Source of the DNA: Deltaproteobacteria bacterium
Lineage (GTDB): Bacteria; Myxococcota_A; Polyangia; Polyangiales; Sandaracinaceae
Length of the DNA stretch: 64,000 nucleotides
Direction: 5' to 3'
NCBI GenBank assembly: GCA_017303575.1
Contig: JAFLCL010000003.1
Location: 9,093 to 73,092 of the forward strand
Part shown: one piece after another, positions 19,583 through 28,529 of the stretch
How the letters are laid out: each line of letters starts with the position of its first letter
Position numbering within the stretch: position 1 is the stretch's first letter
The notes under the pieces: model-generated
Database searches by the model: none
Told to the model about the DNA's origin: nothing
What the model saw: only the letters and a program-made list of their open reading frames with translations
Program-made: the position numbers and the translations under genes

Positions 19583-20443
19583 GTGGCTCGGTTTCGCCTC
19601 CGCTTCCTCCTCCAGGAGTTCGACCTCGCGGGGCCCGAGATCGTGATCGGGCGCAGCTCCGAGTGTCACATCACGATCGAGGATCCGCTGATCTCGCGCC
19701 GCCACGCGCGCATCGAGATCCGCGGGGACGAGGCATTCGTCAGCGACGCGGGCAGCCGCAACGGCGTGCGCATCAACGGCCGTCTCGTGAAGGGCGAGCA
19801 GCAGCTGCGCGACGGTGATCGCCTGCGGCTCGGCACCCAGGAGCTGCTCTTCACCGTGGTCGGAAAGCAGGACCGTCCACCACGACCGACGGGCTACATG
19901 CGCCTCTGTCATGCGTGCGGAACGCCCTATCCGGAGGGCTCCGCGAGCTGCCCGAGCTGCGGCGCGCCGGCGCTCGCGGACGAGGACACGATGTCGGGGG
20001 CCGTCGCGGAGCCCAAGCGCAGCTGGACCTTCCACCTCCTGGGCGAGGTCATCGAGCGCGCTCTGGCGAGTGGTCGTGCGGTGGAGGCCGAGCGGCTGAT
20101 GCGCCGCGCCGCCAAGGAGATCGACGAGCGCCTCGCGCAGGGCGACAAGATCGAGCCCGGTCACGTCGCGATGATCACGTCCGCCGCCGTGCGCCTCGCG
20201 CGCCTCGTGGGATCCAGCGACTGGCTCGCGTGGGCGCTGACGCTCCATCGCCGTCAGGGCCTCATGCTCTCGGACGAGGTGATCGAGCGTCTCGAGGAGC
20301 TCGACACGGCGGCCTTCCCCGACCTCGCCGCGCTGCTCGATTCGTTCCTCGGCTGGTACCGCGCGCAGCAGACGCAGGGTGGTCGACGCATCACGGCCGA
20401 GGTCGCGCGCCTCGTCCGCCTCGAGCGCTACCGCCGACGATGA
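19583..20443 (+). CDS. FHA-domain protein with zinc ribbon and helical C-terminal domain
   Basis: In-frame GTG 19583. FHA: VIGRSSECHITIEDPLISRRHARI..NGVRINGR. Zn ribbon: CHACGTPYPEGSASCPSCG. Confidence 0.8.
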   Translation: MARFRLRFLLQEFDLAGPEIVIGRSSECHITIEDPLISRRHARIEIRGDEAFVSDAGSRNGVRINGRLVKGEQQLRDGDRLRLGTQELLFTVVGKQDRPPRPTGYMRLCHACGTPYPEGSASCPSCGAPALADEDTMSGAVAEPKRSWTFHLLGEVIERALASGRAVEAERLMRRAAKEIDERLAQGDKIEPGHVAMITSAAVRLARLVGSSDWLAWALTLHRRQGLMLSDEVIERLEELDTAAFPDLAALLDSFLGWYRAQQTQGGRRITAEVARLVRLERYRRR

Positions 20444-20450
20444 GCGCGCG

Positions 20451-21410
20451 ATGACCGACGACGCCTCGGGCTCGAGCAGCCCCGTCGCGCGCGGTCTGCG
20501 TTGGGTCTTCCTCGACGACGCGCGCCGCAGGCTGCGCACCGGCTATCGGCTGGTCCTCCACGCGATCGGCGTGCTGCTCAGCTACCTCGTGGGCGCGGGC
20601 CTCGTGTGGGCCGCGGGCGGAACGACCGTGGCGCGGGCAAACGCCGTCGCGCTCCAGACGATGCTCGTGGTGCTCGTGACGTGGTGCGCTGCGCGATGGC
20701 TCGATCGGCGCTCGCCGCTCGATCTGATCGGGCGCCTCGATCGCGCGGCGGCGCTCGAGCTGTTGCTCGGATCCGTGCTCGGGGGCGGGCTCATCGTCAC
20801 CGTCGCGATCGCCGAAGGCGTGACGTCGGGCGCCACCTACGCGCCCGTCGCGATCACGACCGCCGCGGTCTTCCGTGCGCTCTCGGCGCTCCTCTTCTTC
20901 GTCGCCGTCGCGATCGACGAAGAGCTGTGGTTCCGTGCGTACCAGCTGACCAACCTCGCCGAGGGCGTGGAGGGCTGGCTCGGTCGTCCTCGCGCGCGGG
21001 CCGCTGCGCTCGTGATCAGCGCGCTCGTCTTCGGCCTCGCCCACGCGATGAACCCCAACGCGAGCCTCCTCGCCACGGCCAACATCGCGGTGGGCGGCCT
21101 CTTCCTCGGCGTGTCGTACGCGATCACCGGCCGGCTCTACGTCGCGCTCGGCCTCCACTTCGCGTGGAACACCGCGCAGTGCTTCCTCGACATGCCGGTG
21201 AGCGGGCAGACGCTCTACGACGAGCTCTTCGTGCACCGCGAGGAGACGGGCGAGGACCTCGTCACCGGCGGCGCCTTCGGTCCCGAAGCTGGCCTCTTGG
21301 GCCTGGCGGCGATGATGCTCGGCACCGTGCTGTGCCTGATCCACGCGCGCTCGCGCCGGCGCACGAACGAGAAGCACCTCGCGAAGTTGGACGAGATCGC
21401 CGGTTCGTGA
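20451..21410 (+). CDS. CPBP-family (CAAX/Abi) intramembrane protease
   Basis: Polytopic protein with three motifs: DEELWFRAY (EExxxR), FGLAHAMN (FxxxH) and HFAWN (HxxxN). Starts 8 nt after the upstream stop. Confidence 0.85.
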   Translation: MTDDASGSSSPVARGLRWVFLDDARRRLRTGYRLVLHAIGVLLSYLVGAGLVWAAGGTTVARANAVALQTMLVVLVTWCAARWLDRRSPLDLIGRLDRAAALELLLGSVLGGGLIVTVAIAEGVTSGATYAPVAITTAAVFRALSALLFFVAVAIDEELWFRAYQLTNLAEGVEGWLGRPRARAAALVISALVFGLAHAMNPNASLLATANIAVGGLFLGVSYAITGRLYVALGLHFAWNTAQCFLDMPVSGQTLYDELFVHREETGEDLVTGGAFGPEAGLLGLAAMMLGTVLCLIHARSRRRTNEKHLAKLDEIAGS

Positions 21411-21422
21411 GATCGCACCCGG

Positions 21423-23327
21423 ATGGCCGTCCAGGTCGTCCTCCCGCAGAGCCCCACGCGCTACGCGCGCGACGCGCGGCTCGTGCGAACGGACACCGGC
21501 CTCGCGCTCGAATCGCTCGTGTGGGAGGGCGACCGCGAGAGACACGAGCGCGCGCACCTCGACGCGTCGCTCCTCACGACGCGAACCGAGACGCTCCACA
21601 CCTCCGACGCGATCGCGGGTCTCAGCGTCTCGGACGCGCCCATCGTGATCGAGGCCGGCGATGCATCGCGCATCGACACGTGGGCCGAGGCGGCGGGCGA
21701 GCACGTGCGCATCGAGCACGCGTCGGGCGAGTCGCGCGTGATCCTTCGTCGGGGTGGGATCGAGCACGAGGTGTGGCGCGCGCGCGCGACCGCGATGGCC
21801 CCCTGCCTCGCGACTGGCGCGGCGGGCACGTGGGTCGCGTTCCATCACAACCGCCGCGAGGACACGGGCGAGGCCGATCTCGCGAAGTGGATCACGCTGC
21901 GCTTCGTGGACGCGAAGGGTCGCGTGCACGCGCCGCGCGCGCCGATGCGCGACCTCGATCGCGACGCAATGGGGGAAGAGCAGGGCTTCGAGTTCCCGTC
22001 GATCGTGGTCGGCGAGCACGGCGCGATCGCGCTCTTCGGTCGGGGCTCCCACCGCTACTTCCGTCAGGACCTCGACGAGACGGGCTGGTCGCCGCGCACG
22101 CCGCTGCCCGACGACGACGGCACGTGGGGCTGTCGCGGTCGTCGCATCGCCTGTGTGCGGGAAGGTGATCGCATCGTGCTCGCGCGACGCGACAAGCGCG
22201 GCCTGGCGCTCACGGAGATGGACGCGCCGCGGGGCGCTGCGCCGTCGCTCGTGCCGACCGACGCCGTGCTCGCGACGCGTCCGCACCGCGACGTGCCGCG
22301 TCGCCCCACGAGCGTCGATCCGGCCCGCGCCTTCGGCCTCGAGACGCTCTTCGGCGACATCCACCAACACTCCGCGCACTCGGACGGCGTGGGCGCCGCG
22401 AGCGAGCCGTACCTCCGTGCGCGCCACGTCTACGGCGACGACTTCGCGGCGCTCTCGGACCACGAGTCGTTCCTGGGCAAGCGCATCGGACCTGGCGAGT
22501 GGGCGCACCTCCGTGCCGTCGCCGATCACCACGACACGCCGGGCTCGTTCGTCGCGCTCCACGCCTACGAGTGGACCGGCAAGATGCATCCCGGCCCCGG
22601 CCACAAGGTCGTCTATCCGCTGAGCGACGATCACCGCATCGTCTCGCGCGACGTCGAGACCACGGGCAAGGGCTTACTCGCGGCGCTGCGATCGCAGGGC
22701 GCGTTCGCGGTGCCGCACCACGTGGGCTGGACGGGCGCGGACGAGGACGCGCACGACGAGACCATGCAGCCGGTGTGGGAGATCTGCTCCTGCCACGGCT
22801 GCTACCTCAGCGCGGGCCACGTGCTCGGTCAGCGCGGCGCGCTGGTCGATCAGATGATCGAGAGCGTGCTCGGGCGCGGCCGACGCTTCGGCTTCATCGC
22901 GTGCTCCGACGGCCACGGCCTGCTCCATCACCACGGCGTCGGTCGCAAGCGCGACCCGTTTCGCTGCGGGCTCACCGCGGTGCAGGCGAGCTCGCGCACG
23001 CGTGAGGGCATCCTCGAGGCGATCCGCGCGCGACGCTCCTATGCGACGAGCGGCGTGCCGATCCTGCTCGACGTGCGCGCCTCGGGAAACGCTCCGATGG
23101 GCTCGGTGATCGCCGCCGCCTCGACCCCGATGCGGATCGCCGCCGCGGCCGCGACGACGATCCGCGAGATCGCGCTCGTCGGTCCCGAGGGTGTGATCGC
23201 GAAGGTCGATCCACGCGCGCCCTCGGGCGCGCTCGTGACAGAGGCCTCGACGCCATGGAGCTACGCGCGGGTGGTGACCGACGAGGGCGAGATGGCCTGG
23301 TCGAGCCCCGTCTTCCTCGCGCCCTGA
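21423..23327 (+). CDS. PHP-like metal-dependent hydrolase (DUF3604/CehA-like) with N-terminal domain of unknown function
   Basis: FGDIHQHSAHSDG, ALSDHE, AYEWTG, VPHHVGW and IACSDGHG form His/Asp ligand clusters typical of the PHP fold. No signal peptide. Starts 12 nt after the CPBP stop. Confidence 0.7.
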   Translation: MAVQVVLPQSPTRYARDARLVRTDTGLALESLVWEGDRERHERAHLDASLLTTRTETLHTSDAIAGLSVSDAPIVIEAGDASRIDTWAEAAGEHVRIEHASGESRVILRRGGIEHEVWRARATAMAPCLATGAAGTWVAFHHNRREDTGEADLAKWITLRFVDAKGRVHAPRAPMRDLDRDAMGEEQGFEFPSIVVGEHGAIALFGRGSHRYFRQDLDETGWSPRTPLPDDDGTWGCRGRRIACVREGDRIVLARRDKRGLALTEMDAPRGAAPSLVPTDAVLATRPHRDVPRRPTSVDPARAFGLETLFGDIHQHSAHSDGVGAASEPYLRARHVYGDDFAALSDHESFLGKRIGPGEWAHLRAVADHHDTPGSFVALHAYEWTGKMHPGPGHKVVYPLSDDHRIVSRDVETTGKGLLAALRSQGAFAVPHHVGWTGADEDAHDETMQPVWEICSCHGCYLSAGHVLGQRGALVDQMIESVLGRGRRFGFIACSDGHGLLHHHGVGRKRDPFRCGLTAVQASSRTREGILEAIRARRSYATSGVPILLDVRASGNAPMGSVIAAASTPMRIAAAAATTIREIALVGPEGVIAKVDPRAPSGALVTEASTPWSYARVVTDEGEMAWSSPVFLAP

Positions 23328-23331
23328 TCGA

Positions 23332-23661
23332 TCAGGTCTCGAGGCCGCGCACGAGCGCTTCGATCTCGGGCTGCGGCTCCTCGAAGGCGAGGGCGAGCTT
23401 GTAGCGCCAGCGCACGTCGACGCTCTGCGGGTTCTTGTCCACGCGAACCACGCGACCTCGCACCTTCTTCTCCGACCCATCGCGCTGTACGCGGAAGGTC
23501 ACGGTGAGCTCGGTGCCGATCTCCACGCGTCCGCCTGCGGCCATCAAGAGCCCACCGCTCGAGATGTCGTAGCTGACGGCGATGGCAGTCCCGTCCTCGA
23601 CCTCGACCTCGACGGGAAACCAGACCTCGTGCCGGGTGTGCTCACGCCTCTCGTCGCTCAT
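23332..23661 (-). CDS. PilZ-domain protein (putative c-di-GMP receptor)
   Basis: RREHTRHEV (RxxxR) and DISSGG (D/NxSxxG) motifs. ATG 23661 preceded by GAGGA. GTG 23697 is an alternative start. Confidence 0.8.
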   Translation of the reverse strand: MSDERREHTRHEVWFPVEVEVEDGTAIAVSYDISSGGLLMAAGGRVEIGTELTVTFRVQRDGSEKKVRGRVVRVDKNPQSVDVRWRYKLALAFEEPQPEIEALVRGLET

Positions 23662-23730
23662 GTCGTCCTCGCGCCGCCGAGTATCACTCGATCCCACCGA
23701 CGTTGGACAGGCCGCGCGCGCAGGCTCCTA

Positions 23731-24882
23731 CTAGGTGAGTGCGGGGTGGCGAAACGCGATGTCGCGCAGCGCTCCGAGATCCGCGTCTTCCGTCGGCAGC
23801 GCCTCTACCTCGAGCGACTCGGTGTCGACGAGGTAGGTGTCGATGGGGAACGCGCCGGTGATGCGCCGCACGAGCGCCCACTCGCTGTCCCGCTCGAAGG
23901 AGTGCATGACGATGGGCGTCACGTCGTCGAGCCCGGGGATTCCGCGATCAGTGTCGATGTCCGGTGAGACGATCGAGGTCCGGCGGTCGCGCGCGCAGTG
24001 CACGATCCTGAGGTCATCGGCGCGATGGATCTCGTGGTCGGAGCATCCGAGAGGCGTCACACGCAGCGCCCCCTCGATCGACACCTCGATTCGCCGGCTG
24101 GGGGTGAGGATCAGCGCGCCCTCGCGACCCATCCGAAGGATGACGCCCTCGTCGAGATCCTCGATGAGCACGCGCTCCTCCGAAGGACCGATCCAGCGCA
24201 GGATGTGCGGCGCGTCTGGGCTCACTCGGAGCGAGTGGTGTCTCGAGAACGGGCGAGAGCCCGGCGGCAGAGGGAGGGTCGTGCCGTCGTCGAGCTCGAG
24301 ACGACTGCCGACTTCGAGATCGAGGTCGCCGGGGCACGCGTGGTCGCGAACGAGAAGCTCCGACGCCGGGGTGTACCTGGCGACGGAGCAATCGCCGTCG
24401 ATGGGCCGAGCGACGAAGCTCTCCAGGTCGAGCTCCCATGCTCGCGACGACGTGCGCGTCCTTCCGTCGATCTGCTGGCATCCGTAGACGATCCGCCTCG
24501 CGTCTGGACGGAAGGCGGTCCCCGCACTGGCGAGGAACGCCCCGATGCTCGAAGGCACGTCGCAAGCGTCGCCCACATCGAAGATTGCCCCGAGGTCGTG
24601 GGTCGTTCCCGTGTCGAGCTCGATGAGGGTCATGCCCACGCGCGCCCAGCGACCGTCGGAGGATACGTCGAGGTGGATGGAAGACGGGACGTCCACGAGG
24701 TGTCGCATCGAGGACACGGAGCCCACGCTCACCGACGCGATCGGGGAGAGGTCACGGCTGTGCAGCCACACGAGATCCTCGGGGAGGTCTCGTGGGAGAT
24801 GCGAGGCGTAACAACTCTCGCCCACGAGCGAGAGCGCGACGACGACCCCGAGCTGGGATCGATCAGGGCGCACTGGGCCCAC
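23731..24882 (-). CDS. hypothetical protein (possibly exported, beta-rich)
   Basis: Long ORF with good GC3. GTG 24882 or 24873 overlaps the upstream stop. Hydrophobic N-terminus LGVVVALSLVGESC. No family recognised. Confidence 0.5.
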   Translation of the reverse strand: MGPVRPDRSQLGVVVALSLVGESCYASHLPRDLPEDLVWLHSRDLSPIASVSVGSVSSMRHLVDVPSSIHLDVSSDGRWARVGMTLIELDTGTTHDLGAIFDVGDACDVPSSIGAFLASAGTAFRPDARRIVYGCQQIDGRTRTSSRAWELDLESFVARPIDGDCSVARYTPASELLVRDHACPGDLDLEVGSRLELDDGTTLPLPPGSRPFSRHHSLRVSPDAPHILRWIGPSEERVLIEDLDEGVILRMGREGALILTPSRRIEVSIEGALRVTPLGCSDHEIHRADDLRIVHCARDRRTSIVSPDIDTDRGIPGLDDVTPIVMHSFERDSEWALVRRITGAFPIDTYLVDTESLEVEALPTEDADLGALRDIAFRHPALT

Positions 24883-25528
24883 GACGCACGAGGTGCATGA
24901 CGGTGCCTTCGTGGCCGCCGCTGACGCGCACTCCGCCGAGCGCTGCGCGCACACAGCCTTCTTCGGGGCTTCCTTCGAGATCCCCGCCCAGCGTGATCGT
25001 CACCGATCCATCGAACGCGTAGCGCACGCGCACCACGCTCGCGCTGCGGCTCGTGCACGCGAGCACGTCGTCGCGGTGCGCGTCGAGGCCGCCGCGGATC
25101 GTGGTCTCGATCGCCGCGACCTCGTCGCTCGGCGGCGACGTGTCGCTCGCTTCGATCGGGTGCTCGTCGTCGGCATCGGGCCCCGACGGTCCTTCTCCTT
25201 CGGGATCCTCCCCGCCCGATCCGAGATCCGCGATGCCCGACACGTGTTCCTCGGAGCGCGCGCGGCCCACGAGACACACCGGTTCGTTGTGCCCCGCGGA
25301 GCACAGCACCTCGACCACCCCGCCGCAGCCCTCGGCGCGGTAGCGGTTGTCCGCGATCTTCACGAGCGACACCTCGCTGCAGTCGAGCGCCGTGCTCGCT
25401 TGGTCGCGCGCTTGGTGATCGGGGTCCCACGACGACCCGCACGCGCCGAGAACGAGCGCACCGAACCCGAACACGATCGATGCTGCGAGCTGCGAGGACG
25501 AGAGCATCGCGCGGAGGATAGACGCCAT
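24863..25528 (-). CDS. putative lipoprotein
   Basis: ATG 25528. Signal peptide with lipobox LVLGAC. Acidic Gly/Pro linker between two small domains. Confidence 0.6.
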   Translation of the reverse strand: MASILRAMLSSSQLAASIVFGFGALVLGACGSSWDPDHQARDQASTALDCSEVSLVKIADNRYRAEGCGGVVEVLCSAGHNEPVCLVGRARSEEHVSGIADLGSGGEDPEGEGPSGPDADDEHPIEASDTSPPSDEVAAIETTIRGGLDAHRDDVLACTSRSASVVRVRYAFDGSVTITLGGDLEGSPEEGCVRAALGGVRVSGGHEGTVMHLVRRGPSAP

Positions 25529-25566
25529 CGGTCGAAATACGAGCGGGGCTCACCCGTTGCGCTCGC

Positions 25567-26211
25567 GTGGCTTCCTCTTCGTCTCCGCCCTCGTGGCTCC
25601 ATCGGCACGCGATCACCCTCGTCGCGGCGCTCCTGCTCTCGGTCTACGCGCCGCGCGCGTTCGCGCAGGTGCGCGTGGCCGTCGTCGATCTGCAGCGCGC
25701 GATTAGCGAGACCGAAGATGGTCGTCGCGCCAAGCGTCGGCTCAAGCGCCTGTTCGACGAGCGCCAGGCCGAGCTCGAGCGACGTCAGACCGAGCTCAAG
25801 CAGCTCTCCGAAGACGCACAGCGGCCCGGCTTGTCCGAGGAGACGCGCCGCGCGCGCGCCGAGTCGCTCCAGCAGAAAGCGCTCGAGCTCCAGCAGCTCT
25901 ATGCGCAGTACCAGCGCGAGCTCGCCGAAGAGGAGGCCGAGGCAAGCGCCGAGATCATCGAGCGCATGCAGGACATCCTGCGGCGCCTCGGTCAGTCCGA
26001 GGGCTACACGTTGATCCTCGAGCGAGGGCAGGGCGGCGTGATCTTCGTGCCCACGAACCTCGACCTCACGGACGTGGTCATCCAGCGCTACGAAGCGGGC
26101 GAAGGCCGCGAAGGCTCGCGTACGACGACGGATCGCGCGAGCGATCCGCCGGCGGCGCGGCCTGCGGAGCGACCCGACGCCGGCCGACCACGGCGCGACG
26201 CTGGCCCGTGA
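25567..26211 (+). CDS. OmpH/Skp-family periplasmic chaperone
   Basis: Signal peptide ending PRAFA/QV. VAVVDLQRAI start and a long coiled-coil (RLKRLFDERQAELERRQTELKQL) typical of Skp. Basic/Pro-rich tail. Confidence 0.8.
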   Translation: MASSSSPPSWLHRHAITLVAALLLSVYAPRAFAQVRVAVVDLQRAISETEDGRRAKRRLKRLFDERQAELERRQTELKQLSEDAQRPGLSEETRRARAESLQQKALELQQLYAQYQRELAEEEAEASAEIIERMQDILRRLGQSEGYTLILERGQGGVIFVPTNLDLTDVVIQRYEAGEGREGSRTTTDRASDPPAARPAERPDAGRPRRDAGP

Positions 26212-26214
26212 CGG

Positions 26215-26760
26215 TCAGGTCTCTTTCTCACGCGGCGGGCGCGCGCGGAGCAGCCACAGCACGGTGAGCACGATGGTCGCGACGCCACCGCCGTCGAGGA
26301 TCGCGTGCCAGCCTTCTTCGCCGAGCGCGGTGCCAGCCCACGCATCGAAGTAGCCCGCGAGGAGGAACCGCGCGAGGCACCACACCGCGAGCATCGCGAG
26401 GAACGCGCACAGCATCGCGAGGCGGATCATCGTGCGCACCCAGTAGCGGACCCACCACACGAGCAGCGCGGCGATGAACGCGAGCGCGATCGCGAACACA
26501 GCCCCGGCGATCGCGAGCGGATGGTCCGCCGCCGCATCCGCCACGCTCGAGACCATGCGATCGGGCCGATCGATCAGCTGCGGCGCGATCCCGGCGGTCG
26601 CGAGCCCACCGGCCGCGAGCACGACCACGAGCTTGTCGCGCAGCGCGAGCTCGGTGCGGTGGAGCGCGCTGCGGAGGCCCGCGAGGATCGCGATCGCACC
26701 GATCAGACACGCCGCGGCGGTCGGCCATCCTTCGCGGAGGAGCGGCTCGAGCTCTCGCAC
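26215..26760 (-). CDS. hypothetical integral membrane protein (about 5 TM)
   Basis: ATG 26760. Consecutive hydrophobic helices. Good GC3. Confidence 0.6.
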   Translation of the reverse strand: MRELEPLLREGWPTAAACLIGAIAILAGLRSALHRTELALRDKLVVVLAAGGLATAGIAPQLIDRPDRMVSSVADAAADHPLAIAGAVFAIALAFIAALLVWWVRYWVRTMIRLAMLCAFLAMLAVWCLARFLLAGYFDAWAGTALGEEGWHAILDGGGVATIVLTVLWLLRARPPREKET

Positions 26761-26841
26761 GAGCCGACGCTATCGGCGGTTCGAGCGGCAGGAAAGAAAA
26801 CGCCCGACGGGGGCTCACGCAGGGGCCGCGAACAGGCGAGC

Positions 26842-27861
26842 ATGCCCAGCATGAAGCTTCGTCGTTCGTCCGTCGCAGCGCTCCTCGCTCTCTCCGCCGC
26901 GGGCTGCGGTGCCTCGACGCCCCGCGGCGTGACGTTCGTTCCCGTGGGCCCCGGTCGCGGTGAGGGTTTCGAGGCGCAGGCGCTCGAGATCGCGCCGAGC
27001 GGCGACTGTGGAGGTCTCGCGCTGCTCCCGCGCACCACGACCTCGCTCTTGGGCGGGCGCGTGTCGGTGTCGCTCCCGCCAGCCGACGTACGCGGCATGC
27101 CGCACTCGATCATGGCGGCCGAGCCCTCGCGCGAGTGGAACGAGCTCGCGTGGATCGAGGCCGGCGACGCGCGCATGGCCATCGTCGCGTCCGAGCCGCT
27201 GCGCATGGTCGAAGGTGACCTCGCCGAGGTGGTGACCGGATGGATCCCGCCGAGCATGACGGTGGAGCGCGGCAGCGAGGACCTCGCGGCTGCGTTCGCG
27301 AGCCCCCCGCAGCAGCGAGGCGACGACGTACCGCTCGCGCGCATCTACGTGCGCGACGCCGACGGCTTGGTGGTCGTCCTCGACGTGATCACCGATCCGC
27401 GCAACGCCGAGCGAGGAGGCTGCGTCGAGCTCGCGCGCGCCTTCGCGAGCTCGGCGATCGCAGGCACGCGACGCGTCGCGCTCTCGGCGCGTACGGTCAC
27501 GTTCGAAGGCCTGACGCTCGAGGTGCCCGCGGGCTTCGCCTCGACGATCGATCAGGGCCCCGACTTCTCGGTGCTCCACGTCGATGCCATCACGCGCAGC
27601 GACGACGCGCCGCTCGCCGCGCTCGGCCTCTACGCGGGCGACCACCCGTCCTTCGCGCCGGGGGAGGCGCCTTCGATCACGCGCGAGCTCCTCGGCACGC
27701 AGGTCCCTTTCTTCGACACCAACGAAGAAGGCACGCACCGCCGCGAGGCCCTCGTCGCGAACGGACCGCGCGCGTACCACGTGTTCTTCCGCGCGAGCGA
27801 CGAGACGCTCTTCGAGATGCTGGACGCCGTGGCCGCGACGTTGCGCGCCGCGACTCCGTGA
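26842..27861 (+). CDS. putative lipoprotein
   Basis: ATG 26842 (or 26851). Signal peptide with lipobox LSAAGC. No family recognised. Confidence 0.6.
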   Translation: MPSMKLRRSSVAALLALSAAGCGASTPRGVTFVPVGPGRGEGFEAQALEIAPSGDCGGLALLPRTTTSLLGGRVSVSLPPADVRGMPHSIMAAEPSREWNELAWIEAGDARMAIVASEPLRMVEGDLAEVVTGWIPPSMTVERGSEDLAAAFASPPQQRGDDVPLARIYVRDADGLVVVLDVITDPRNAERGGCVELARAFASSAIAGTRRVALSARTVTFEGLTLEVPAGFASTIDQGPDFSVLHVDAITRSDDAPLAALGLYAGDHPSFAPGEAPSITRELLGTQVPFFDTNEEGTHRREALVANGPRAYHVFFRASDETLFEMLDAVAATLRAATP

Positions 27862-27885
27862 GCCGCGGCGCGCCGTGTGCCTCGA

Positions 27886-28413
27886 TCAGGCCTGCTTCAC
27901 CAGCGAGACGTCGAAGTGCATCTTCACTTCGTCCGCCACGAGCATGCCGCCCGCTTCGAGGGCCATGTTCCAGGTCATGCCGAAGTCGGAGCGCTTGATC
28001 GACGCGTGCGCCGTGACGCCGAAGCGCGAGCCACCCCACGGGTCCTTTGCTACCGGCGTGGTCTCGTCGACGTAGATCGTGATCGACTTCGTGGTGCCGC
28101 GGATCGTGAGGTCGCCGACGACCTCGAGGCCGTCCTTGCCCTGACGGATCTCCTTGCTCGCGAAGGTGAGCTTCGGGTGCTTCTCCGCGTCGAAGAAGTC
28201 CGCGCTCTTGAGGTGCCCGTCGCGCTTCTCCTCGCGCGTGTTGATCGACGCCACATCGACGCTGCCCGTGACGGTTCCGGTCGTCGGCGCGCTCGCGTCC
28301 CACTCCACGCTGCCTTCCACCGTGCCGAACTCGCCGCGCACGTTCGTGATCATCATGTGCCGCACCGTGAACCATACGGTCGTGTGAGATGCGTCGACGT
28401 TCCACTTCGCCAT
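27886..28413 (-). CDS. YceI-family protein
   Basis: 175 aa. HTTVWFTVRHMMITNVRGEF and INTREEKRDGHLKSADFFDAEKHPKLTF are the YceI signature. Confidence 0.9.
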   Translation of the reverse strand: MAKWNVDASHTTVWFTVRHMMITNVRGEFGTVEGSVEWDASAPTTGTVTGSVDVASINTREEKRDGHLKSADFFDAEKHPKLTFASKEIRQGKDGLEVVGDLTIRGTTKSITIYVDETTPVAKDPWGGSRFGVTAHASIKRSDFGMTWNMALEAGGMLVADEVKMHFDVSLVKQA

Positions 28414-28529
28414 CGTGTCCTCCTGAGCCTCGGCTTCGTTGCCGAGCCCATGAGATGGGGCGTCGAGAGGCGTGATGGCAGACCACAGCGCGGCGACCGA
28501 GCGTTGCGCACGAGCGACCCCTCGGCTGC

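Noticed and set aside
20391-22634. 747-aa minus-strand ORF. Similar long ORFs occur at 12230-14377 (+), 14461-16233 (+), 30090-32276 (-), 42894-44558 (+), 44812-46476 (-), 48408-50078 (+) and 50468-52390 (-).
   Set aside because: All are antisense or off-frame to genes with clear family signatures. All have the R/A/G/E/H-rich composition of GC artefacts, and none has a recognisable motif.
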